A stretch of 64,000 nucleotides of DNA from a virus: the IMG/VR virus record IMGVR_UViG_3300005573_000001; one strand, 5' to 3'. Both the position numbers and the translations under genes were made by a program. Shown here in pieces: positions 1 to 8,392 of this stretch. Numbering within the stretch: position 1 is the first letter of the stretch; every line of letters starts with the position of its first letter. Under the pieces are notes generated by a model. The model searched no databases, was not told where the DNA came from, and worked only from the letters and a program-made list of their open reading frames with translations.

Positions 1-337
1 ATGCAAGAACTACGAGTGCATATACAATGGGTATTACTCGTGGCTTGTGTCTCCTAAGGGAGAACCTATGCAGCTAGACTGGTATTGTCCTGAGCTAAAA
101 GTAGCGGTCGAACTACAAGGAAGGCAACATTACGAATATTCAAACTATTTTCACAAAAGCAAGCGAGCATTTAGGTATCTACAGGAATGTGACGCACTAA
201 AGGTAGTGCAGTGTACAGAACACGGGGTCAAACTAATTATAGTAAAGTACGACAACACAATAACCAAAGAGTACATGCTAACCAAACTAAGGGAACAAAT
301 CCCAGACATAGAGAAAGTAATAGGTCTTGACCAGTAA
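1..337 (+). CDS. Very-short-patch-repair/DUF559-like PD-(D/E)XK endonuclease (5' end probably outside window)
   Basis: LDWYCPELKVAVELQGRQHY ... D..K...C...GVKLIIV pattern. Confidence 0.6.
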   Translation, partial: CKNYECIYNGYYSWLVSPKGEPMQLDWYCPELKVAVELQGRQHYEYSNYFHKSKRAFRYLQECDALKVVQCTEHGVKLIIVKYDNTITKEYMLTKLREQIPDIEKVIGLDQ

Positions 338-365
338 CTACAACTACAGTATAATAGGAGATAAG

Positions 366-1136
366 ATGACATTTACAGACGCACTTTATGAAGCAATAAT
401 TGCCGAGAATATAGAGGATGCGAGTAAACACACAGAGCCTCACATTTACCCGAGTAGCATAGGGTCCTGCTCACGTAAAATAGCCTATGAAGTATTAGGG
501 TACAAGGGAGAGGATGAAGAGCCTATTGCCTTAATGCGAATGAAAAACGGCACCTACTTCCATGAACGCGTAGAAGCCCTAATTAAGAGGACAGACATAT
601 ACATAGCTAACGAATACAGGGTAGTCAACGCAAGTAAAAAAATATCAGGGCGGAGCGACCTATTAATTAAAAACATTTACCCGCATAAGCCATCTAATAA
701 TATTATCAAGCTATATAGGGCCACAGAAACAGAGGAAGAGCCCGAGGTATTATACGAAGGACCAGACAATGATATAATGATCGTAGAGCTGAAGAGCATA
801 AAGTCCAAGAAATACGCGCAACTACTAAGAGATAATAGTCCTAAGAAAGAGCATGAAATGCAGCTGCAATTGTACATGGAAGAGACGGGTATCAAAGCGG
901 GACTAATAGTATACGAGAACAAGGATACCCAAGCCATGAAAGAGTTCATTGTAAACTATGACCCCGATATAGTAGCGGCCGTCAATACACAAATAAATCT
1001 AGTATGCGAACATATAGATAGAGGGGAGCTACCACCAAGAGAATACAGCCAATCAGACGGAGAATGCTTCTGGTGTAAGTATAAGCAATACTGTTGGAAA
1101 GACGAAGACGCTCTAGATCTACATAAGCTCTTCTAG
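366..1136 (+). CDS. Cas4-like PD-(D/E)XK exonuclease with Fe-S cysteines
   Basis: PSSIGSCSRK, GRSDLL, ELKS, QLQLYM, C-terminal CFWCKYKQYC; GGAG RBS before ATG 366. Confidence 0.75.
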   Translation: MTFTDALYEAIIAENIEDASKHTEPHIYPSSIGSCSRKIAYEVLGYKGEDEEPIALMRMKNGTYFHERVEALIKRTDIYIANEYRVVNASKKISGRSDLLIKNIYPHKPSNNIIKLYRATETEEEPEVLYEGPDNDIMIVELKSIKSKKYAQLLRDNSPKKEHEMQLQLYMEETGIKAGLIVYENKDTQAMKEFIVNYDPDIVAAVNTQINLVCEHIDRGELPPREYSQSDGECFWCKYKQYCWKDEDALDLHKLF

Positions 1137-1201
1137 TCAACCACATATAGTAACCCCTAGGGAAAACAACAAAAAAAGACAATAGCTAGTCTAAGGACTA
1201 A

Positions 1202-1657
1202 CTATTGTTTTATTTTTAAGGGTTTTGGATTACGTGTAAGCAAATAAGCCTCAACAGCATCAGCAGTATTCAGTTGCCTGTCTTCCTCGGTGGTCACATC
1301 AAGAGGAACAAGGTACATGACATACTGACAATCTGAAGACATCGAGAAGTACATAATAGTATGACCAAGCGAGTCAGTGTCAACCAAGTAGAAAGCCCCG
1401 GGACGATCTAAGAAACGCAACAACTTAAAATCCACATCAGCAAAGTCTTCAGTACTAACGAGGATATAGCGAGGAGACGACAAACCAGTAGGTAAATACG
1501 ACGAAAGTAACGGGTTTACCTCAAGAGTACCAGAGGAGATGTCACTAAAGACAGAGAGCGGAAGGTCAAAAGCTATAAACAAGAGACGATATGCTTGGCA
1601 AGCAGGAAAGACAACGTCCTCAAACCAGCGGCGCAAACGTAAACGTGCACGTGTCAT
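1202..1657 (-). CDS. Hypothetical protein
   Basis: ORF in operon context after the helicase. Confidence 0.5.
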   Translation of the reverse strand: MTRARLRLRRWFEDVVFPACQAYRLLFIAFDLPLSVFSDISSGTLEVNPLLSSYLPTGLSSPRYILVSTEDFADVDFKLLRFLDRPGAFYLVDTDSLGHTIMYFSMSSDCQYVMYLVPLDVTTEEDRQLNTADAVEAYLLTRNPKPLKIKQ

Positions 1658-1668
1658 AGAGTAGGCTC

Positions 1669-4332
1669 CTAGGAATTATATTTACGAATCAACTTGCGCA
1701 TAACGCCATAAGTAAGCTTAGAGACAGTATCGCGCTCCTTATCACTGCGCTCTACTACCAAATCGGCATACTCTTGCTTCTTATAGAGGACACGACGTAT
1801 CCTATCGTCGACACCGTCATGAGCAAGTAAGTTAATTATAGTAACAGATGCATGAGTACTAGTAAGCCTATGTATTCTAGCTACACGCTGAGCCCAGACA
1901 GCCGGATTCCAAGGCAGATCCATATTAATTAGGGCCGAAGCAACTTCTAAATTTAAACCATAGTTACCGGCGTCCGTACTGACAAAGAACATAACCTGAG
2001 AATCATTCCTAAAGCGATCCAAGAGAGCTTGGCGGTCCTTAGAAGGTACAGAACCGTTAAGAATAACAGAAGCACCAAACTTCTCAGTAACTTGCAGGAC
2101 AAGGGCCTGGAAGCGAGCAAACTCAGTAAAAATAGCTATCTTGGAGTGGCCAGCACGCACAAGATCACGAATTATCTGTTCAAGCTCAACAAGCTTCGGG
2201 GCACGCTCGGTATAATCGATAGCATACCTCCTAGCCAAGCCAGCATCAGACATAGACAGGAGGTCTGGGGAATCACAGACTTCCTGTAACAGAGAAAACA
2301 TAGCGTGCATGCGGTCCTCATAGGGATCAGACGCATCTAACACATCGGAATCAGGAGTCGGCCTCGGCTTACGCATAAGCTCGTAGAGGTCGTTACTAAT
2401 ACGAGTATGCAGGGCCGCCTGCTGTGGCGTCATCTGAACTCGATAATCATTAACAACTATTTCAGGCAACTGAGGAGCTACATCCTTCTTAAGCCTGCGC
2501 ATAATATAAGGAGAGAGCTCCTGATTCAGGGCAGCCAAATTACGGTATCCTACTACCATACGAGGACGACCGTACTTTACGCCAAAGCATATAAACTTCT
2601 TGCAGAAGTCAGACCAGCGGCCTAGTATAGCAGGGTTAATGAAGGCAAAGATACTGAATATCTCATCTGGACAATTCTGCAATGGAGTACCAGTCATACA
2701 AACTTTGTAGGGTGCATTCAGTCGCCTAAGAACGGCACTAGTCTTAGACTCCCAAGAGCTTATTCGGTGAGCCTCATCAAGAACAACAAAGTCAAAGTCT
2801 AACTCTAAGAGTGTGTCAATGTCAATCCGAGCAAGCTCATAGTTGATAATCGTAAAGAGAGGAGACCTTTGACGAATATCCTCATAAAGAATCGCACGCT
2901 TACGCGGAGGCCCATCAATAACAACAGGCGTGATACGATCAGTCAGAAACTTATAAAGCTCGGCTTCCCACTGATACTTAAGAGAAGCCGGACATACGAT
3001 AAGGCTCTTCTTAATACGAGCATCGCGGTACAAGCGCCATATAGCATAGGTAGCCTGAACGGTATTGTGCGTTAGAATACAATGCTCCGTTACATAGAGT
3101 TTGTCGGGAGCTTCGACGGCTATACAAACAGCTTCAGCCATACGCACATACTGAACAGACTGAAAGACACGATAAGGACGAACCGGAACGTATCTGGAAA
3201 GACGAGCAGGAGTCCTAAAAGGCATAAGCCAGCTGGGAAAATACATAGAGACACGGTACCTACGACCGCGGGACGTAACAGAAGCAGAACCACCTAGGTT
3301 CTCTACTAAAGCTTGAACGCTATTAGCTAAAGACTCGAATAACGTAAAGAAGCATACATCAGAACGGCGAGAAGAGATTAGACCACCCGTATCAAGGAGT
3401 CCTTGTAGCAAGTCAACACGGTCCTGAACGGAAGCCTCTAGATAAATTTGGGGGATAAAGGGACTGGTAGGACCAAGACCGAGACATAAAGTACGCAACC
3501 GAGTCAACTCAGGGTAATCAGGCAAGGTAGCAAGCGCAGTATCATCAGGGACCATAGCAATTAGAGCTAAGTAGCGTCCTACAGTATAGGGATCCACAGG
3601 CAAAGCAACCCGATTAAAGCGTATAGGACCGGTAAGCATAGGACAATAGAGGGCTGTCCGCGACAAGTCAAGCAAGGTACCATCCGCAGCGCGTACTTTA
3701 GGCAGCGTCATCAGTTGAGCAGTAGTTACCGTAAGAGTAGCCCACGTATTACCGACCCTATAACGCACAGTCCACAAGTGCTGAAGCCCGGCTTCGACGG
3801 AGGAACCGTCAGACAAAGTAACACGATAAATAGGCTTAATACCTTGTGGATATATACCGATAACTTTCGTAGGCATTCCATCAGAACCAATGACATAATC
3901 ACCAACCTGAAGAGACGAGATGGGGGCCCAGCCAGTTGGAGTACATACTAGAGTATCGACAGGATGCTCCTTACCGAGCCCCATCTCATCAGCCAGCATA
4001 CACTGCTTCACATTATAAATAAAATCAGCTCCTACTATCTGGAAAGGGTAAGGGCGCAAAGCAAAGTCATCAATGTAGTCTATAGGTACGTCGCCAGAAG
4101 GGGTATACAAGGCTATAGGAAGGTCCATAGGAACCTCTGCCCAAAGCAACTTAGTAATGCGAGACAGAGAACAAACTTGGTCGTAAGCGGACCTTGGAAC
4201 GTTCCAAAGGCGATTGATATACTGACGCCCGGGAATAGCTCGGATAACACTAAGAACAGAGTTAAAAGATTCAGAACTCTCGTTAAGTATCGAGAGCTGA
4301 ATCTTATCATTATAAAGGGTAGCTATAACCAT
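1669..4332 (-). CDS. SNF2-family helicase (HARP-like N-terminus) containing an intein
   Basis: LADEMGLGK[intein]T Walker A, DEAH, TGTPLQN, STDAGNYGLNL, WNPAVWAQRVARIHR. Confidence 0.92.
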   Translation of the reverse strand: MVIATLYNDKIQLSILNESSESFNSVLSVIRAIPGRQYINRLWNVPRSAYDQVCSLSRITKLLWAEVPMDLPIALYTPSGDVPIDYIDDFALRPYPFQIVGADFIYNVKQCMLADEMGLGKEHPVDTLVCTPTGWAPISSLQVGDYVIGSDGMPTKVIGIYPQGIKPIYRVTLSDGSSVEAGLQHLWTVRYRVGNTWATLTVTTAQLMTLPKVRAADGTLLDLSRTALYCPMLTGPIRFNRVALPVDPYTVGRYLALIAMVPDDTALATLPDYPELTRLRTLCLGLGPTSPFIPQIYLEASVQDRVDLLQGLLDTGGLISSRRSDVCFFTLFESLANSVQALVENLGGSASVTSRGRRYRVSMYFPSWLMPFRTPARLSRYVPVRPYRVFQSVQYVRMAEAVCIAVEAPDKLYVTEHCILTHNTVQATYAIWRLYRDARIKKSLIVCPASLKYQWEAELYKFLTDRITPVVIDGPPRKRAILYEDIRQRSPLFTIINYELARIDIDTLLELDFDFVVLDEAHRISSWESKTSAVLRRLNAPYKVCMTGTPLQNCPDEIFSIFAFINPAILGRWSDFCKKFICFGVKYGRPRMVVGYRNLAALNQELSPYIMRRLKKDVAPQLPEIVVNDYRVQMTPQQAALHTRISNDLYELMRKPRPTPDSDVLDASDPYEDRMHAMFSLLQEVCDSPDLLSMSDAGLARRYAIDYTERAPKLVELEQIIRDLVRAGHSKIAIFTEFARFQALVLQVTEKFGASVILNGSVPSKDRQALLDRFRNDSQVMFFVSTDAGNYGLNLEVASALINMDLPWNPAVWAQRVARIHRLTSTHASVTIINLLAHDGVDDRIRRVLYKKQEYADLVVERSDKERDTVSKLTYGVMRKLIRKYNS
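3064..3969 (-). mobile_element. Class-3-type intein (302 aa) in SNF2 Walker A, with degenerate LAGLIDADG endonuclease
   Basis: K|EHPVDTLVCTPTGW ... HLW ... VCIAV ... ILTHN|T; LLQGLLDTGG. Confidence 0.88.
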
Positions 4333-4578
4333 TTATTCTCCAAATACAGAAGTAATAATATCTAACAGGAACTTACGGCTTTGCAGGACAAAGCGCCTAT
4401 TACGAGAAATAGTCTCAGGGGAAGTAGCATGCTCAGAAAGCTCATGTAGTAGGGAATCAGAAATGTCAATATTGTCAAAGAGCTTCCAATATAGTAGGGT
4501 CAACAAAGTCTGATTAACACAGGCTGCGGGAACACGGCGTAGAATCCACTTCACACGGTCAAATACCGTATGGGGCAT
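4333..4578 (-). CDS. Small phage protein, possibly HTH-like
   Basis: ORF ending ...SPETISRNRR...; start inferred. Confidence 0.45.
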   Translation of the reverse strand: MPHTVFDRVKWILRRVPAACVNQTLLTLLYWKLFDNIDISDSLLHELSEHATSPETISRNRRFVLQSRKFLLDIITSVFGE

Positions 4579-4582
4579 GTCA

Positions 4583-5002
4583 TTATTCTGTAGACTGGGA
4601 GTCATTAGTGTCTCCAAAATACTTACAGTAGACATTAGAGAGCAAACGAGCCTTGAACTTACGAGTTCGGCGGTAAAAATCACGGGTTTCCTCATCTAAA
4701 GCTGGATTATCGGAGTAGTCATTAGATAATACATCCTGCACTAGAGCCAACGCAGCAGAGAAAGCGTCAAAACCATCTATAATGTATAAAGATATAGCTA
4801 AGGGTTCTATATCTGCTCTAAACTTAGTATAAAGTGTATAGACCTGCTCAAGCTCGGCAAAAGCAGCACGCAGAGCCATCGCGTAAGCTCCATCACCAGC
4901 CGATGGAGGCGAAAGCGGAGCAGGTCTAGTAGAACCAGACTTAGGAATCTCTAAGCCATTATCATGACCAAAGTAGAAATCAAACATGTCACTATCGGAC
5001 AT
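4583..5002 (-). CDS. Hypothetical protein
   Basis: Tightly packed ORF. Confidence 0.55.
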   Translation of the reverse strand: MSDSDMFDFYFGHDNGLEIPKSGSTRPAPLSPPSAGDGAYAMALRAAFAELEQVYTLYTKFRADIEPLAISLYIIDGFDAFSAALALVQDVLSNDYSDNPALDEETRDFYRRTRKFKARLLSNVYCKYFGDTNDSQSTE

Positions 5003-5004
5003 AA

Positions 5005-5247
5005 TTACTCGTCAGCCTCCTCAAGTAAGTCATCATAATTAATTTCAGAAGACCCTATAGAAGGGTTAGTAGAAGCAAGAGTCAGACAGTCACGAAGAAG
5101 ATTACGTTCCTCATCTCTCTCGGCAGCAGACTGTCGGTAAACTTCAGACTCTACTAGCATACGCATGAGCGCAGCTTGATCTAAAACAAGAGACTCCTCA
5201 TCAGTGTTCTCACACTGCTGTTGTAAGTAGTCTATATAACTAGTCAA
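5005..5247 (-). CDS. Hypothetical acidic protein
   Basis: AAGGAG RBS; start overlaps upstream stop. Confidence 0.55.
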   Translation of the reverse strand: MTSYIDYLQQQCENTDEESLVLDQAALMRMLVESEVYRQSAAERDEERNLLRDCLTLASTNPSIGSSEINYDDLLEEADE

Positions 5248-5813
5248 AGTACATCTCCTTTCGAGATAAAGTCTCCAGTAAGCTCATGTAGATAAGCTAA
5301 CAAGCGATCCAAGGTAGTAAGCAAAGTTAGCTCATCATTATAATTCTTAATAATGTAAATATCATCATGTCCCTTAAAGGCAAATGGCAAAGCCCAATAG
5401 CTCTTACCAACGGCAGCAGCTTCTTGGGCGATTTTCTGGAGCCATTCTAAATGGATAGTTATAGTCTTTGCTCCTCGACTGGTTGTCGTTCCTCTTTCTT
5501 TGCATTCAAAAAGCGCATCAGGTGTAACAACGTCTCCAGGGAAAGCCCAAAGAGCCCCACTAGCAGGACAACGGGAAGCACCACCTCGGATATTTCCACT
5601 CCCAGTAACACTGTTAAAACGCTTGACAACAGTCTTTTCAAAAGTCTCTCCCTTTCTCCTAGTCCTAGGTTTACCTAAAAGTCTGCGTGCAGCTTCTTTT
5701 TCCTTACGAATAAGCCACTTGGGCTTCTTAAAGAGCGACATACCATTGCAATTCTTGCAGAACGCAGTGTTCACACACACAGCATGTTGCTCGTCAGAAC
5801 ACTTATAATCCAT
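5244..5813 (-). CDS. Holliday-junction-resolvase-like PD-(D/E)XK nuclease with N-terminal Cys cluster
   Basis: G..FE, PASGA, GDV, FECK motifs. Confidence 0.65.
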   Translation of the reverse strand: MDYKCSDEQHAVCVNTAFCKNCNGMSLFKKPKWLIRKEKEAARRLLGKPRTRRKGETFEKTVVKRFNSVTGSGNIRGGASRCPASGALWAFPGDVVTPDALFECKERGTTTSRGAKTITIHLEWLQKIAQEAAAVGKSYWALPFAFKGHDDIYIIKNYNDELTLLTTLDRLLAYLHELTGDFISKGDVL

Positions 5814-5816
5814 AAA

Positions 5817-6272
5817 CTACCTAAGCAAATTCTGTTCCACTTTAAGAACACTAGTAACGGTTATTAAACGTTCCTGACGCTGACGTATTATATCAAGGAC
5901 ACCATCAAGCATATCATAAACATACTCTAGAGTCGCCAGAAGCTCATAGAGATTCACAGCCTGACCGTTAAATACGTAATTAAGACACGCATTAGTAGCA
6001 GTAGCTCTACGAGCACTCTCATTAGAGCCAGTAGAGTTAACTCGTTCAACAATAGATATAAGGCGCTCTACTTGAGCCTTATATGACTTAAACTTAGCAT
6101 AGGCCATACGTAAGTTGGCAAACAGTGAGTCCAACGACTGAATAATATTACGAACCTGGCCTGTATCAATATCTGCGGGTATCTGACAACGTGATAGAGT
6201 AACGCGGGCACGTTCCATAACATCGTCTATACGATAAGCATTGACCTGTATCCTAATGTCTAGCACATTCAT
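5817..6272 (-). CDS. Hypothetical helical/coiled-coil protein
   Basis: AGGAGG RBS; own promoter upstream. Confidence 0.6.
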   Translation of the reverse strand: MNVLDIRIQVNAYRIDDVMERARVTLSRCQIPADIDTGQVRNIIQSLDSLFANLRMAYAKFKSYKAQVERLISIVERVNSTGSNESARRATATNACLNYVFNGQAVNLYELLATLEYVYDMLDGVLDIIRQRQERLITVTSVLKVEQNLLR

Positions 6273-6293
6273 AACCATCCTCCTAATACCTAA

Positions 6294-6322
6294 AGTATAC
6301 TATGAAGTAGGACAAATGTCAA
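6294..6322 (-). promoter_or_regulatory. sigmaA/sigma70-type promoter
   Basis: TTGACA-17 nt-TATACT on minus strand, just downstream of the RT stop codon. Confidence 0.75.
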
Positions 6323-6326
6323 GACT

Positions 6327-7181
6327 TCAGGGACCTACAGGTCCATGCTGTAGTAACTGGACTATTGCATCATACTGGGACTTATAAGGAGTAGAAGGAT
6401 CTATACTATAAATAAAACTAACCCAACCACCCAAAGTAAATAGGGAAACACCAATTATAGACGGCACATCGGCATAAGTAAGATTAGGATTGTTAGCGTA
6501 AGCCAACCGTAACTTGTGTAGGTTGCCGCGAACACGATTAATCAGTTTACGAGGAGCGTTAAGGCGGGTAACGACTGTAATACCAGTAACACGAGCACAC
6601 TTATTCTTGCCTACAAGGCGTGTCTTAGCATAGTTCAAAGAGAATCCCATACTGCGTATACATCTGTCTAACTCAGGCAAAATGACCTTCGCGTCTATGT
6701 ATGTTCCACTAATAGTAATATCGTCAGCATAGCGAGTATAAACTAATCCTCGTTTCGCACAGTACCGAGCAAGCTCAGAATCCAGAAAACTGAAGACAAG
6801 GTTACTAAGAAAAGGCGACGTAGGAGCACCTTGCGGTAGAACACCATCAAGGGTACACCAATAGGTAATATCTTGGGCATCACTAGGTGTAGCTAAACCA
6901 TGTAAGACAAGAGCCATAGCTACCATACCACTAGTTATCGAAGGGAAAAAATCCTTTAGATCAAGGCTGAGAATATAGCGACTAGAAACATGGTAAGCCG
7001 CATTGTGCCGAATAGACCGTCCAGGGACAAAACCAGTCACATAGACAGGCCAACTAACTCGACGCTGCAGGTCACGTAAAAGGCGACGCTGGAACCTCTT
7101 AAGCTCTGGGTTAGGCTCATAAAGTATACGCCACGATCCATCACGCTTTCTTATTCTATGCTGAATATACTGTCTAGTCAT
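6327..7181 (-). CDS. Retron-type reverse transcriptase (284 aa, no fused effector)
   Basis: LDLKDFFPSI, LPQGAPTSPFLSN, YTRYADD; retron-specific NAAYH (NAxxH) and VTG motifs; AGAGGA RBS before ATG 7181. Confidence 0.92.
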   Translation of the reverse strand: MTRQYIQHRIRKRDGSWRILYEPNPELKRFQRRLLRDLQRRVSWPVYVTGFVPGRSIRHNAAYHVSSRYILSLDLKDFFPSITSGMVAMALVLHGLATPSDAQDITYWCTLDGVLPQGAPTSPFLSNLVFSFLDSELARYCAKRGLVYTRYADDITISGTYIDAKVILPELDRCIRSMGFSLNYAKTRLVGKNKCARVTGITVVTRLNAPRKLINRVRGNLHKLRLAYANNPNLTYADVPSIIGVSLFTLGGWVSFIYSIDPSTPYKSQYDAIVQLLQHGPVGP

Positions 7182-7207
7182 AATTCCTCTCGACAAATCG
7201 CACAATA

Positions 7208-7353
7208 GGTGGCAGATATACACGAACACTAGTATTTGCTCGCCGGCTCAGTATTGTCGTCTAATTGCCGGGAGGCAACATTGGACGACAATATATTTTT
7301 AATTCTATATCTGTTAGCAGTATAGTTTGATTGTTAAAGCTATATCTGCCACC
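7208..7353 (-). ncRNA. Retron ncRNA (msr-msd) module C, proximal to RT
   Basis: Perfect 13-bp IR 7208-7220/7341-7353; candidate branching G at 7340 in TAGC context; msr hairpin 7305-7325; msd hairpin 7252-7293. Confidence 0.85.
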
Positions 7354-7385
7354 ATACATGTGCCTTGGGCATAGACCCAATAGCC

Positions 7386-7477
7386 GTATGTCTTAGGGTT
7401 ATTACATAACTTAAACTAAACCCTCTCATTTCTCCCGTACTATTAGGTACGAGTCCTCTTCTAACCCTAAGACATAC
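7386..7477 (-). ncRNA. Candidate second retron-like RNA module B
   Basis: Perfect 16-bp IR 7386-7401/7462-7477; G follows the 5' arm (TTAG); internal hairpin CTCGTAC/GTACGGG. Confidence 0.5.
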
Positions 7478-7486
7478 TATCACAAA

Positions 7487-7673
7487 CAAGACACAGGTTA
7501 TGCTATACACGAAGTGACTCTTATATCTTGAATTCACTTGATCTCCTCCAGGCCACTTCTGCAGCTCCTCTCCTCAGCTGTTACTCAATCAGCTGAGGAG
7601 AGCGTTTTAATTGTTTAATTGTTATCAATAAACCTTGTATATTATTATTGTGACTATAGCCTCCTGTGTCTTG
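7487..7673 (-). ncRNA. Retron ncRNA (msr-msd) module A
   Basis: IR of 11 bp (7487-7497/7663-7673) plus 6 bp (7502-7507/7655-7660); G at 7654 after TATA; 13-bp msd stem 7568-7580/7590-7602; shares TATACACGAA and TTTTAATT with module C. Confidence 0.72.
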
Positions 7674-7681
7674 CGGCTATA

Positions 7682-8392
7682 CTACATCATAGTAACACCT
7701 AACCTTATTCCTTCTAATCCGGCTATATCTACATCAACAGGAGTAATAGTAACTTCACTTGACAATGGTTCAATATCAAGATTAGTCAAGAAGCGCCTAT
7801 ATAGGAGATATATCTGCATTATAAAGGCCGGAGAGCTAAGCTCTGTATACATATAACCCATAACACCACTACGAATAAAGCTCTGAACGTTCTTTATAGG
7901 CATGCCAGGATACTTAACAGATAAGTAATGATACAAGATCATATGACTTATAATAGTTGAACTAACCATTCCATGCGTAGCTAACGTATAGAACGGATTA
8001 GTTCTCAATCCCTCACTATCAACAGTAAACGCGAGAGAGTTCACAAACGCCAAAACATTCTGAACAGTATCAGGTAACGTCGTCACTAATTCCTGCGGTC
8101 TTTCAGTCGTATCAAAACACGCCTCAAGTATAAGAGAGTTCACATAAGAACTAGGGAGAAAATTCGTAGGCAAAGATACAGATACTTGCGAATTAGGACA
8201 ATTTCTTAGCTCATAATACGGCACAGGATCTATCTGTAACTTAAGCAACAAGATATAAAAGAGACTAATCAAGTGATCTAGATGAGCAACTATACACCCA
8301 CGAGGAGAAAGCGACCTAATAGTCCGTATCCTTATTTCAGGATCAGATAAAATACCAAGAGAAAGATCAGTCATAAACAAAGTCCTTTCCAT
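7682..8392 (-). CDS. Hypothetical protein upstream of the retron array
   Basis: ORF translationally coupled to UDG; no recognisable motif. Confidence 0.55.
   Translation of the reverse strand: MERTLFMTDLSLGILSDPEIRIRTIRSLSPRGCIVAHLDHLISLFYILLLKLQIDPVPYYELRNCPNSQVSVSLPTNFLPSSYVNSLILEACFDTTERPQELVTTLPDTVQNVLAFVNSLAFTVDSEGLRTNPFYTLATHGMVSSTIISHMILYHYLSVKYPGMPIKNVQSFIRSGVMGYMYTELSSPAFIMQIYLLYRRFLTNLDIEPLSSEVTITPVDVDIAGLEGIRLGVTMM

Noticed and set aside
366-1136. Cas4 as evidence of a CRISPR-Cas locus
   Set aside because: No other cas genes or array; solo Cas4-like nucleases are common in phages.
7182-7229. Longer RT start at 7229 given in the ORF track
   Set aside because: It overlaps the ncRNA arm; the ATG at 7181 has an AGAGGA RBS.
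7340-7537. 65-aa ORF in the retron upstream region
   Set aside because: It runs across the inverted-repeat modules and has no recognisable protein features. It is better explained as incidental, although a GGAGGAG lies upstream, so translation is not fully excluded.
6327-7673. RT as part of a DGR or group II intron
   Set aside because: I saw no TR/VR repeat pair, Avd-like gene, maturase domain or intron domain V. The NAxxH and VTG motifs and the a1/a2 repeats indicate a retron.
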